Below are positions 30,371 to 40,100 of a stretch of DNA of 64,000 nt, one piece after another. Position numbers and translations under genes: made by a program. The stretch comes from a virus (Duplodnaviria; Caudoviricetes). Position 1 is the stretch's first letter. The number at the start of each line of letters is the position of its first letter. The notes under the pieces are model-generated. The model did not search any database. It saw only the letters and a program-made list of their open reading frames with translations, and was not told the origin of the DNA. The stretch lies in IMG/VR virus record IMGVR_UViG_3300028591_000072, positions 160,001 to 224,000 of that record; one strand, written 5' to 3'.

Positions 30371-31173
30371 TTTAAATCTTCTCTATAATTATAATATTGT
30401 CTTTCATATTCGTCATGAACTTCTGTTAAAGCCATTTTTATCATTAAAGGATTTTTTATTTTTTTTGTAAAGAATATTGTTGATAGCCTTTCTGACAAAA
30501 ATGCCTCAATTCTTGCTTGGTAGTCTATTGATGCGTTTTGGCCTGCTTCACAAGTTATGTATTTTTCTTTATTTTCTATTACGTGATTTTTTATGTCATT
30601 ATCTGAATCAAAGCCTCTTATTTTGTCGAATTTATCTAATACGCCAAATACAAATTCACACCATTCATTAAATGTTTCCTTTTTTAGAATAAAAAGATTA
30701 CATGGATAAAATTTGTTGAACACCATTGTATCCATTGCCGCTTCAAAAAATTCAGGATAGTATCTTGCAATTATTTCCATTACGGTAACTATGTCTTTTT
30801 TTGTGTGGCAGCACATATAGTTTCCATATACGCTTGGCCAACCAAGGTCGAATATTGGTAAAATTGCATCATGCTCTTTAAATATTTCATCCATGTTTGG
30901 TATATCGTTCCAAAAGTCAAAGTACCTTCTATAATGCGCAGTTCCAACATAGTCTTTTAATGGGTAATTTTTCCAAATATAATGTATTCTGGCTAGTTCG
31001 CTGTATCCATGTTCTTTTTTGAATATTTTGTCTTTTGAAGTGTCGCAAACTATGTGTTCTAAATTTGAATGTGCGTCAAAATCTTCAATTGAGACAATTT
31101 TGTAACATTGGTTTTTTGGTTTTTTTTCAAAATCACGATGTGTGATTACAAATATGTCTAAATTTTCGTTCAT
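30367..31173 (-). CDS. DUF4422 / GT111-like glycosyltransferase (galactofuranosyltransferase-like)
   Basis: IFVITH, YSELARIHYIWKN, DYVGTAHYRRYF, NLFILKK.F..WCEFVFGVL and RIEAFLSERL. ATGA-coupled to the downstream GT2. Confidence 0.8.
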   Translation of the reverse strand: MNENLDIFVITHRDFEKKPKNQCYKIVSIEDFDAHSNLEHIVCDTSKDKIFKKEHGYSELARIHYIWKNYPLKDYVGTAHYRRYFDFWNDIPNMDEIFKEHDAILPIFDLGWPSVYGNYMCCHTKKDIVTVMEIIARYYPEFFEAAMDTMVFNKFYPCNLFILKKETFNEWCEFVFGVLDKFDKIRGFDSDNDIKNHVIENKEKYITCEAGQNASIDYQARIEAFLSERLSTIFFTKKIKNPLMIKMALTEVHDEYERQYYNYREDLK

Positions 31174-31267
31174 TTTTTTTTAAAAAAAATATTATTTTAT
31201 TGAATATTTGTCAATTGTTTTTAAATAAAATTATTTTTTAAAAAGTTCTATTATTTGTTTTTGGTTT

Positions 31268-31276
31268 GATATTTAT
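31268..31276 (+). promoter_or_regulatory. Putative late-promoter motif GATATTTAT upstream of the collagen fibre gene
   Basis: TATTTAT core at 31270-31276, in the divergent intergenic region. Confidence 0.35.
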
Positions 31277-31323
31277 TGTTATATAATAATGCCTTCAATA
31301 AGGAGTAATACATATTCTATAAT

Positions 31324-34300
31324 ATGGGAAAACATAAAGTAATACTTAAAAAAAGCAATGTTCAGGATAAGATACCAAATGTAAGCGGTATGTCTTATGG
31401 AGAACTTTTTATAAACTATGCTTCTGGTGATGGTAAATCGTTTATTGCGTTAAGGAAACATGATGATACTGTTGCGCAATTTATGGAAAAGAAGTATGTT
31501 GATAATGAAATTGACGAATTAATTGATATAATAGAAGAGAATGAGTTTGTTGTTGCAGCTGGACTTACTGATTTGAACGAAAATGTTGAAGAATTAAATG
31601 AATCTGTTGTTACTGGCGCTGTTATGAGTAATTCTGAAACAACTCCATCTGTTACAAATAACGTTTTAACAATTCCAGCTGTTAATGGCCCTCAGGGTTA
31701 TCAGGGGCCAATTGGTTCTCAAGGAAATCAAGGCAGACAGGGCTATCAAGGTCAGACAGGCCCGCAGGGTAATCAAGGATATCAAGGTATGCAAGGCTAT
31801 CAGGGCCCTATAGGTCCACAAGGCAATCAAGGCTACCAAGGTATGCAAGGCTATCAAGGCCCGATAGGGCCACAAGGTAACCAAGGTAGGCAGGGTTATC
31901 AGGGATGGCAAGGCTATCAGGGCCCAATAGGCCCACAGGGTAACCAAGGCTATCAAGGTATGCAAGGCTATCAAGGGAAAACGGGCCCAGTATTTAATGT
32001 GACAACAGCAGATACAAAACAATATTTGCTTGGATTAAATGCTACAGGTGGAACAATTGGCGCTGATACTGTTCATACTAATAAAGATGTGTATGTAAGT
32101 GGTAATACACTTTATGCCGGAAATTTAAGCTTTAATGGCGTTTTATTGACAAGTTTTTCATCTTCAGTGCATTCTGCAATTAATAATGCAATTGCAAATG
32201 TTTATAATGTAAAAGGGAGCACTGATTCTTATGAAACACTGACAGCTAAAACAAACAACACAAAGGGTGATGTGTGGAATGTTGTTTCTTCACATGGAGA
32301 AATTGGAACAAGTGGGTACACTCCGGCTGGAACTAATTACGTATGGGATGGCTCAGGATGGGACCAGCTTGGAGGCACTGTTGATTTGACCGGTTATGCG
32401 ACTTCGGCTGACACATATGATTCAATAAATTTTTTATCTGAAGAAATTAATGGGATATATGATGAAATAGATGGGCTTTATCTTACGTATGCGACAAAGG
32501 CGGAAGCATCTGAATACGCAGCTGCTGCTCTTGCCAATGCAAATATGCATACTGATGAAGTTTCTGGAGAAACGCTTAATTCGGCATTTGACTATACTGA
32601 TGAATTAGCAATTACTGGTGCTGTTATGAGTGATGTTATAACTGAACCGTCAATCGAAAATAATATTTTAACAATTCCTACAGTTGCCGGCAATCAAGGT
32701 TATCAAGGGCCGACTGGACCGCAGGGTAACCAAGGTGTACAGGGCTATCAGGGATTGCAAGGCTATCAAGGTAGGCAGGGTTATCAGGGTCCAATAGGTC
32801 CACAGGGTAACCAAGGCTATCAAGGTTACCAAGGCATAAATTCAAGATTTTTATACAGATTTACAGATGTATTAAATGCATATAGCGATATGCTTTATGT
32901 ACTTGAAAATTCTGATGAAGAAGTACTTGGATTCAATCCCAACCATTTATACTTATATACGGGCGGAGACCAACGTGAAATATCTAGTTACTATGATTTG
33001 GGCTCAGTACTTGGTAGACAAGGACATCAGGGCCCGATAGGGCCACAGGGTAATCAAGGCTATCAAGGAAAAACAGGCCCAGTATTTAATGTGACAACAG
33101 CAGGTACAAAACAATATTTGCTTGGGCTAAATGCTACAGGTGGAACAATTGGCGCTGATACTGTTCATACTAACATGAGATTTTATTTTGAAGATAACAA
33201 ACTTCATTTGGATAATAACTCAGATGTTTACATTAATGGCGGACGTATATTGCTTAAAATTTATAATAGCACTGATGGTGTTGGTTTTTATCCTATTAGC
33301 AATGCGAAATTAGGATTATATGGCTCCGATTACGCATCGCCTGTAATAATTACTAATGTTGACAAACCAAGAGAAGATTATGATGCAGTAAACAAAATTT
33401 ATGTAGATAATTTTTTAGATATACTAAGTGGACATGTACAATTTATTTTAAGTGATTATGCGACTAAGGCAGAATCTTCAGAATACGCAGCTGCTGCTCT
33501 TGCCAATGCAATGGATTATACTGATGATTTGGCAATTACTGGTTCTGTAATGAGTGATACTGCTTCATCTCCTTCAATAACTAATAATGTCTTAACTATT
33601 CCTACTGTTGCCGGTAATCAAGGTTACCAAGGCTATCAAGGTAAAACAGGTCCTGTGTTTGATGTAACAACAGCAGATACAAAACAATATTTGCTTGGAT
33701 TAAATGCTACAGGAGGAACAATTGGCGCTGATACTGTTCATACGAATAGTGACATATATGTTATAGGGAATACGCTATATGGCGGTGAAATAAATGTAAA
33801 TGGTATAAAGTATTCAGACTTGGCGACAAAGGATGATGCATCTGAATATGCGTCTACTGCTTTGGCAAATTCAATTATATATACAGATGAATTGGCTATT
33901 ACTGGCGCTGTAATGAGTTCAGGAACTAGTGTTCCAACAATTGAACGTAACGTTTTAACAATACCAACAATTAATGTTACTACGGCATCAACAATGCATT
34001 ATCTTATTGGTATTAATGGAATAAATACTGAGTTTAATTCAACAAATGTTCATTCTAATACCGGTGTCTATATGACAAATGGTACTATATATTCAGCATC
34101 AGATGAGAATCTTAAAGAGTTTAAGGGGGATATAAGATGTTATTTTGACGAATTGAAAGCAATTCCAAAGAAATATTTTGAATGGAAGAGTGGAGACCCG
34201 CCTGGCTTACAAATAGGAACATCTGCACAGGAACTTGCACGATATTATCCTGAAGTTGTTAGTGTTGATGAAAATGGTGGATATGCTGTTTCATATGAAC

Positions 34301-34392
34301 GACTTTCTATTATCGCTCTTGCTGCTGTAGATAAGCTATATGAAAAAATTGTTAAACTTGAAAAAGAAATTGATAATTTAAAAGGTGAGTAA
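31324..34392 (+). CDS. Collagen-like trimeric fibre protein with a C-terminal peptidase S74-like intramolecular chaperone
   Basis: N-terminal phage fibre anchor (VILKKS...P..M.YGELFINY), four Gly-X-Y blocks, fibre motifs (GDVWNV...GTNYVWDGSGWDQLGG and ITNVDKP...DAVNKIYVD), and C-terminal SDENLK...IGTSAQEL...PEVV...VSYERL plus a coiled coil (34099-34389). Confidence 0.85.
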   Translation: MGKHKVILKKSNVQDKIPNVSGMSYGELFINYASGDGKSFIALRKHDDTVAQFMEKKYVDNEIDELIDIIEENEFVVAAGLTDLNENVEELNESVVTGAVMSNSETTPSVTNNVLTIPAVNGPQGYQGPIGSQGNQGRQGYQGQTGPQGNQGYQGMQGYQGPIGPQGNQGYQGMQGYQGPIGPQGNQGRQGYQGWQGYQGPIGPQGNQGYQGMQGYQGKTGPVFNVTTADTKQYLLGLNATGGTIGADTVHTNKDVYVSGNTLYAGNLSFNGVLLTSFSSSVHSAINNAIANVYNVKGSTDSYETLTAKTNNTKGDVWNVVSSHGEIGTSGYTPAGTNYVWDGSGWDQLGGTVDLTGYATSADTYDSINFLSEEINGIYDEIDGLYLTYATKAEASEYAAAALANANMHTDEVSGETLNSAFDYTDELAITGAVMSDVITEPSIENNILTIPTVAGNQGYQGPTGPQGNQGVQGYQGLQGYQGRQGYQGPIGPQGNQGYQGYQGINSRFLYRFTDVLNAYSDMLYVLENSDEEVLGFNPNHLYLYTGGDQREISSYYDLGSVLGRQGHQGPIGPQGNQGYQGKTGPVFNVTTAGTKQYLLGLNATGGTIGADTVHTNMRFYFEDNKLHLDNNSDVYINGGRILLKIYNSTDGVGFYPISNAKLGLYGSDYASPVIITNVDKPREDYDAVNKIYVDNFLDILSGHVQFILSDYATKAESSEYAAAALANAMDYTDDLAITGSVMSDTASSPSITNNVLTIPTVAGNQGYQGYQGKTGPVFDVTTADTKQYLLGLNATGGTIGADTVHTNSDIYVIGNTLYGGEINVNGIKYSDLATKDDASEYASTALANSIIYTDELAITGAVMSSGTSVPTIERNVLTIPTINVTTASTMHYLIGINGINTEFNSTNVHSNTGVYMTNGTIYSASDENLKEFKGDIRCYFDELKAIPKKYFEWKSGDPPGLQIGTSAQELARYYPEVVSVDENGGYAVSYERLSIIALAAVDKLYEKIVKLEKEIDNLKGE
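31687..33648 (+). repeat. Four collagen Gly-X-Y blocks (33, 16, 7 and 4 triplets)
   Basis: Blocks at 31687-31983, 32689-32832, 33013-33075 and 33613-33648, dominated by GYQ, GNQ and GPQ. Confidence 0.92.
31966..33747 (+). repeat. Three dispersed near-identical direct repeats of about 115 bp inside the fibre gene (GYQGKTGPVF.VTTA.TKQYLLGLNATGGTIGADTVHTN)
   Basis: Copies at about 31966-32081, 33058-33173 and 33631-33747, with a degenerate fourth near 33970. Confidence 0.9.
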
Positions 34393-34407
34393 AAATAAAG
34401 AAGAAAT

Positions 34408-34433
34408 GGCCAATCATAAGATTGGCCTTTTTT
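34408..34433 (+). terminator. Intrinsic terminator after the fibre gene
   Basis: GGCCAATC-ATAA-GATTGGCC followed by TTTTTT. Confidence 0.85.
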
Positions 34434-34477
34434 ATTTACTATTATGATTTATTTTTTATTTTTTTGGAAAAAAAAAT

Positions 34478-35287
34478 ATGATAAAAAAGACCTTGGTTTT
34501 TTATTGGTACGCATCAAGAATGTATAAGAATGATATTACGTATCCTTTTCATTTGGCTTGTATAAAAAAATATTCATATGCATTTGATAATGCAATTTTT
34601 GTTATATCTGTTGATGATATTAATGATAAAGACTTGGTTTTTGAAACAGAAAATGGCATTATATGCAGTATAGGTGGAATAATTGGGAATATTAAGTTTG
34701 ATGTAATTTTAAATGACAATTTATGCGAGGTTAATGCGTTTGAAAAATATATATTGAAAAACGGGTCATCTGAATCCATGGAATTGTTTTTCTTTGCACA
34801 TACAAAAGGTGCCAGAATAATACATAGTTATCCTGACTATAAAGAAGATTATTTACGCTGGATATTTTCTTTATATTTTTACTGCCTTGAGAAAGATTTT
34901 TTGTATGAAATGCAGCTAAAACTTGTCGGTGGTTTTGGCGGGAATTTACCGGCGTTTTTTGGCCCAATAGGATTTATAAATGAAGACAAACGTGTTTTTT
35001 ATCCTGGTACATTTTATTGGGTTAATATGAATACGATTTATAATGATGAAATTGAAGGAACTGTATCAATTCCAAAAATATCAAATCGTGCATTTTGTGA
35101 AAAATTTCCTTTAATCTATTCTGATGCTTATAAAAAATTGTCTTCTCATAATAATAAGTTTAAGGAGCCTGACGAATCTTGGTATCTTTATAACCATTGT
35201 AATTGGGATGAAATATCTGAGTATTTTGGAGAAAAAGAAAGGTTTTTTAATGAATATAATAAAATTAAAGAAAGTATTGGCTTATGA
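34478..35287 (+). CDS. HTKG/GTFYW family paralogue 3
   Basis: LFFFAHTKG, YPGTFYWVN and RAFCEKFP. ATGA-coupled to the epimerase. Confidence 0.6.
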   Translation: MIKKTLVFYWYASRMYKNDITYPFHLACIKKYSYAFDNAIFVISVDDINDKDLVFETENGIICSIGGIIGNIKFDVILNDNLCEVNAFEKYILKNGSSESMELFFFAHTKGARIIHSYPDYKEDYLRWIFSLYFYCLEKDFLYEMQLKLVGGFGGNLPAFFGPIGFINEDKRVFYPGTFYWVNMNTIYNDEIEGTVSIPKISNRAFCEKFPLIYSDAYKKLSSHNNKFKEPDESWYLYNHCNWDEISEYFGEKERFFNEYNKIKESIGL

Positions 35288-36288
35288 CAAATCATAGTGT
35301 TTTGATTACTGGCGTTGCTGGTTTAATAGGTAGTAGGTTTGCTGATTGGATATTAGAAAACCATCCTGAATATGAGGTTGTTGGTATTGACAATTTGTTT
35401 GGTGGTTATATGGATAATGTTGATGATAGAGTCGTGTTTTATAAGGAAGATTTAAGTACGGACAAAATAGACTACATTTTTGAAAAGCATGGGTTTGAAT
35501 ATGTTTTTCATTTTGCCGCATATGCTCCTGAGGGGCTTTCTCCATTTATGAGGATGTTCAACGATAAGAACAACATGTTATCAACGGACAACATAATTAA
35601 CGAGTGCATTTCTCACGATGTTAAGAGATTGATTTACACATCAAGTATGTCTGTTTATGGATGGGGACGGTTCAAAGGTGAACCATTCGATGAGAATGAT
35701 AGGCCTGAACCGATAGACCCATATGCCGTTTCAAAATACGCTTGTGAAATGAATATCAAAATAGCAGGAGAACAGCACGGGCTTGATTGGTGTATTATCC
35801 GTCCACATAATTGCTATGGTGAAAAGCAGAATATATGGGACAAGTATCGCAATGTCCTTGGGATTTGGATGTATCAGATTTTAAATAATAAGCCAATGCT
35901 GATTTACGGAGATGGCGAACAGACGAGGGCTTTCAGTTATATTGAGGATTGCCTTCCCGCATTTTGGAATGCAGCTGTTTTACCAGAAGCATCAAAAGAG
36001 ATTATTAATGTTGGCGGAGCGAAGGGGTATTCAATTAATGAAGCAGCGGAGTTGCTTTGCAAAATCACAGGGTATGATAATGTTGAGCATAAAGAATCTC
36101 GTCATGAGGTCAAGCATGCTGTTCCAAAGCCTGATAAATCTATTAAGATTCTTGGGTATGAACAAAAAACGACACTTGAAGATGGGTTAAGACAAATGTG
36201 GGAGTGGGCCAAAAAGCAACCAAACAGGCCGCAATACAAGTGGGAAAATTATGAAATAAATAAAGGAATATATAGTTATTGGAAATGA
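35284..36288 (+). CDS. NAD-dependent nucleotide-sugar epimerase/dehydratase (extended SDR, GalE-like)
   Basis: ITGVAGLIGS Rossmann motif, FHFAA, TSSMSVYG, catalytic YAVSK, RPHNCYG and GDGEQTRAFSYI. Confidence 0.92.
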   Translation: MTNHSVLITGVAGLIGSRFADWILENHPEYEVVGIDNLFGGYMDNVDDRVVFYKEDLSTDKIDYIFEKHGFEYVFHFAAYAPEGLSPFMRMFNDKNNMLSTDNIINECISHDVKRLIYTSSMSVYGWGRFKGEPFDENDRPEPIDPYAVSKYACEMNIKIAGEQHGLDWCIIRPHNCYGEKQNIWDKYRNVLGIWMYQILNNKPMLIYGDGEQTRAFSYIEDCLPAFWNAAVLPEASKEIINVGGAKGYSINEAAELLCKITGYDNVEHKESRHEVKHAVPKPDKSIKILGYEQKTTLEDGLRQMWEWAKKQPNRPQYKWENYEINKGIYSYWK

Positions 36289-37103
36289 AAAAGTTAGTGT
36301 ATCACTTATATGTTCTAGATGGGTTTGATAACAATCCTTTTGCAATTTGCAATAAACTTTGCTTGAAAAATTATATTAATGTATTTGATGATGCTACGTT
36401 TTTTGTATCGGTTGATGACATACACGACATGGCTAGCATAAGAAGTGGTATACGATTTATCGAAGAAGTGTGCGGAAATGTAATTAAACCAAATGTTTTT
36501 GTAGTAAAAAACAATAAAGAACTTGGTGAGGCCACTACGTTTAATACGTGCATATTACCAATGATTGAACTTGGGTTGGAAGATTATGTTTTTTTTGGGC
36601 ATTGTAAAGGAATGACAACAAATAGAGACCACGAATTTACATCATTGTTAAAATGGGTTATTATAATGTATTATTATAATTTGGAATTTATTTATGATGT
36701 ATATGAAAATTTTTATAATGGAAAAATCTTATATGGTAGTAATTTAAGCGATATGTCATTTATTGAAGTGTTTAAATATTTTCCGTCAAAAACTTTTTAT
36801 AGTGGGACATTTTATTGGCTGAACGTAAAGGAAATAAAAAAGTATTATGAAAGCACAAATATTGATATATTTTATGGAAATGATTTGTGGAGATATTATG
36901 CTGAAGAGTTTCCTTTATATTTTTTTAATGAAGTAAAAGGCTCATATAAAAATAATGTAATAACTAATCCTGAAATGAATGATACGTATAAAATGAATGA
37001 AGAATTTTGGAATAGTTATTTATTAAATATTGATGATGAATTGAAATGTGTTCCTTTTATTAATGAAATTATTGATAAGGTAATTAATATAAATAAAAAA
37101 TAA
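36285..37103 (+). CDS. HTKG/GTFYW family paralogue 4
   Basis: VFFGHCKG, YSGTFYWLN and RYYAEEFP. Start reassigned to ATG 36285, which gives an ATGA overlap with the epimerase stop. Confidence 0.6.
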   Translation: MKKLVYHLYVLDGFDNNPFAICNKLCLKNYINVFDDATFFVSVDDIHDMASIRSGIRFIEEVCGNVIKPNVFVVKNNKELGEATTFNTCILPMIELGLEDYVFFGHCKGMTTNRDHEFTSLLKWVIIMYYYNLEFIYDVYENFYNGKILYGSNLSDMSFIEVFKYFPSKTFYSGTFYWLNVKEIKKYYESTNIDIFYGNDLWRYYAEEFPLYFFNEVKGSYKNNVITNPEMNDTYKMNEEFWNSYLLNIDDELKCVPFINEIIDKVININKK

Positions 37104-37111
37104 ATGATAAT

Positions 37112-40100
37112 ATGAAAACTATTGGAATATATAATTTTGTTTTTGATGAACGATATATATGGGATGAAACAAATTATGAAATTGGTCGTATTGGTGGGCC
37201 TGAAATTTGGTCAATTGAAGTGTCAAATGAATTCATAAAACGTGGGTATACCGTTTATGTGTTTGGAAATCCCATAAATGAGCATTTGTCTGAAAATGGG
37301 GTTCATTATGTTAAATGTGAAAATTTCAAAAAAACGTGTAATGATGTTAAATTTGATATAATAATCTTAAGCAGGACTGTTGAATGCATTGATGATATTG
37401 TTGGATGTGAAAATGTATACTTAATGGCACATGATACAACAATTGGTGGTAATTTTACTGTTGAAAAATTAGATAGAATAAAAAAGGTTTTTTATAAGAG
37501 TGATTTTCAAAAAGAAATACTTTCAAAAAAGTATATGATTCCTGAAAATAAATTTTATAGGACATTTGAGGCAATTGACCAAGACAGATATGATGAAAAC
37601 TTAAATGTTAAAAAGAAAAACAAAATGCTTTTTTCAAGCGGTACTGACCGTGGAATGAGATATATTGTTGAAAGAATTTTTTATAAGATAAGAAAAGAGG
37701 TTCCTGATTTTGAACTTGATTTGTGTGGGCATTTTTATGGAGATGTTTATCCTGATTTTGTAAAGGCGGACGGAATAAATGTTCTTGGCAACATTAGTCG
37801 TGAAGAATTGATAAAACACCAATGTGAATCTAAAATTTGGATTTATCCGACTCATGGGTATGATTCTGAATATAATAGAAACGATGAAACATTTTGCATT
37901 ACAGCAATAGAAAATGCATATGCTGAAAATGCTTGCATTTTAGGCGATTGGGGGTGTTTTTCATCTACACTTGAAGGGTATGAATATTTTGTGGGCAATA
38001 AATTGTACAATAGCAAAATGGAACCAATGGATTATGATAACCTCGAAGAATTTTCTGACATTTTGGCAAATGAAGCCATAATGTGCCTAAAGAATGACGA
38101 ATATAGGGAAAAAGTTGTTAATTCTTCTAAGAGTGTTGTCAAAAAATATACATGGAAGAATGCTGTTGATGGATTTGAAAGATTGTTTAATGTATATTGT
38201 AAGGATGTAATGGTGTATGTTATGTCATATAAAGATACTCCATATTTAATTCGTGATAATATTCATAAAGTTCTTCAAGTTGGCGCTTCTTTGTCTGAAG
38301 ACAAATTTGGCGATTTATTTGATAATGTTGGTGATAATATTTCAGAAAAAAATAAGTTTTTTCTTGATGCAACAGGAACTTATTGGGTGTGGAAAAACGT
38401 TGAAGATTATGATTATATTGGCGTTGAGGGATATAGGAAGCATTTTGACTTGACAAAGGAACAAATAGTTGAAATATTGTCTGAATACGATTTAATAGCA
38501 ACTTGTGTTAAAAGTAGTTTAAGTATATATGACCATTATCGGAAATTTCATATAATAAATGATTTGAATTTTTGCGAGTCTATTGTTAAAGAAAAATATC
38601 CTGAATTAAGCGAAAAATTTAGTAGATTTTTGAGAAATGAACATAAGATTTATATTGGAGGAAATTTTATAACATCTCATGAAAATTTTAACGAGATTAA
38701 TAGTTTTATATTTGACATTTTGTTCGATATAGAAAAAAAATATGGATTTACAAAATATGAAGATTGGCTTGAATATGCAAAAAAATCAGGACAAAATTCA
38801 ATTCCACCTGACCATAAGAAAAACGGAATGACTTCGGAAGTTTATCAATCAGGGGTTATTGGCTATTTGTATGAAAGGCTATTTACATTCTTTGTTATTG
38901 AAAATTATAATAAAATATATGAAGTTCAGCATGCTAAACTTGATATGATATTTAAACATAATAATATGAAAACATTACTTTGTTGTATAGGAAGACTTGA
39001 AAACAAATATATTCGTGAATATGTAGAATATAATAAGGTACTTGGGTTTACAAATATATGCTTATATGATAACAATAGGGAAGGAGAAGATGATTTCCGT
39101 GATGTAATTGGTGATTACATTGATAGTGGATATGTCATATTGAAGAATTATAGAAATATAACAGAACCTTGCCAATTTAAGGCTTATAATGAATGCTATG
39201 CAGAATATGGCAACAAATATGATTGGATTGCATTTTTGGATATAGATGAATTTATATTTTTGAATAATAATAAGAGTATAAATGAATTTTTGTCTAATCC
39301 GATTTTTGACGGGTTTGATAAAATACATTTAAATTGGCTTTTGTTTGGTGATGGCGATAATTTGTATAATAATGGAAAGCCATTATTGCAAAGAATAACA
39401 ACGCCATTAGATATTAATTTAAAAACAATATATGACTTCCCTGATACTTTCCATATAAAGCCAATTATTAGGGGTGGACTTGGCAAAATAACATATGCAC
39501 AGACTGTTCATACTCCAATTGATAAGGTTAAATGCTGTAATTCGTTTGGTATTGAGTGTGACCCATTATCACCAATAGTTCCTTATGATTTTAGAAATGG
39601 TGGAATACTTCATTTTACAACAAAAACAGCAGAAGAATATGCTGATAAGGTGAATCGTGGCTTTTGTGATGGTAATAAAACAGATAAGAAAACGCTTATT
39701 GAATTGTTCTTTAAAAGAAATAAAGTTACTGCTGATAAAGTTGAATTATTCAAAGAAAAAACAGGAGTTGATGTTAGTTATCTTTTGCCATATGACGGGG
39801 AAAAAAGCGATGATGTAAAAATATATTCATTATGCTACGCAAAGAAAGACTTTAAGTTTATTGACGATAAAGTGATAACTCCGCTTCAGGTTGGTGCTGC
39901 AAACGGAACAAATGTTTGTGAATTGAAAGATAATACTGGCGATAATATTTCTGAATCAAATTATTTTTACATTGAATCAACTGGAACTTATTGGATTTGG
40001 AAAAATGTAAAAGATGCAAAGTATAAAGGCCAAATGCAATATAGAAGGCCGCTTTCTGGTGTTAATGAAACAATGAATTTTGATGAAATATTCAGTAAGT

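Noticed and set aside
28952-31323. Inverted GT cassette as a phase-variable invertible segment
   Set aside because: I found no matching inverted repeats at the two ends and no recombinase in the window.
32062-32076. D-T-V in the repeated GADTVH as a Bacteroidota O-glycosylation sequon
   Set aside because: A three-residue motif occurs easily by chance, and the host system acts on exported proteins, while this fibre has no signal peptide.
31966-33747. Fibre-gene repeats as a diversity-generating retroelement TR/VR pair
   Set aside because: All copies are in-frame coding, the differences are mostly synonymous and not confined to adenines, and no reverse transcriptase is in the window.
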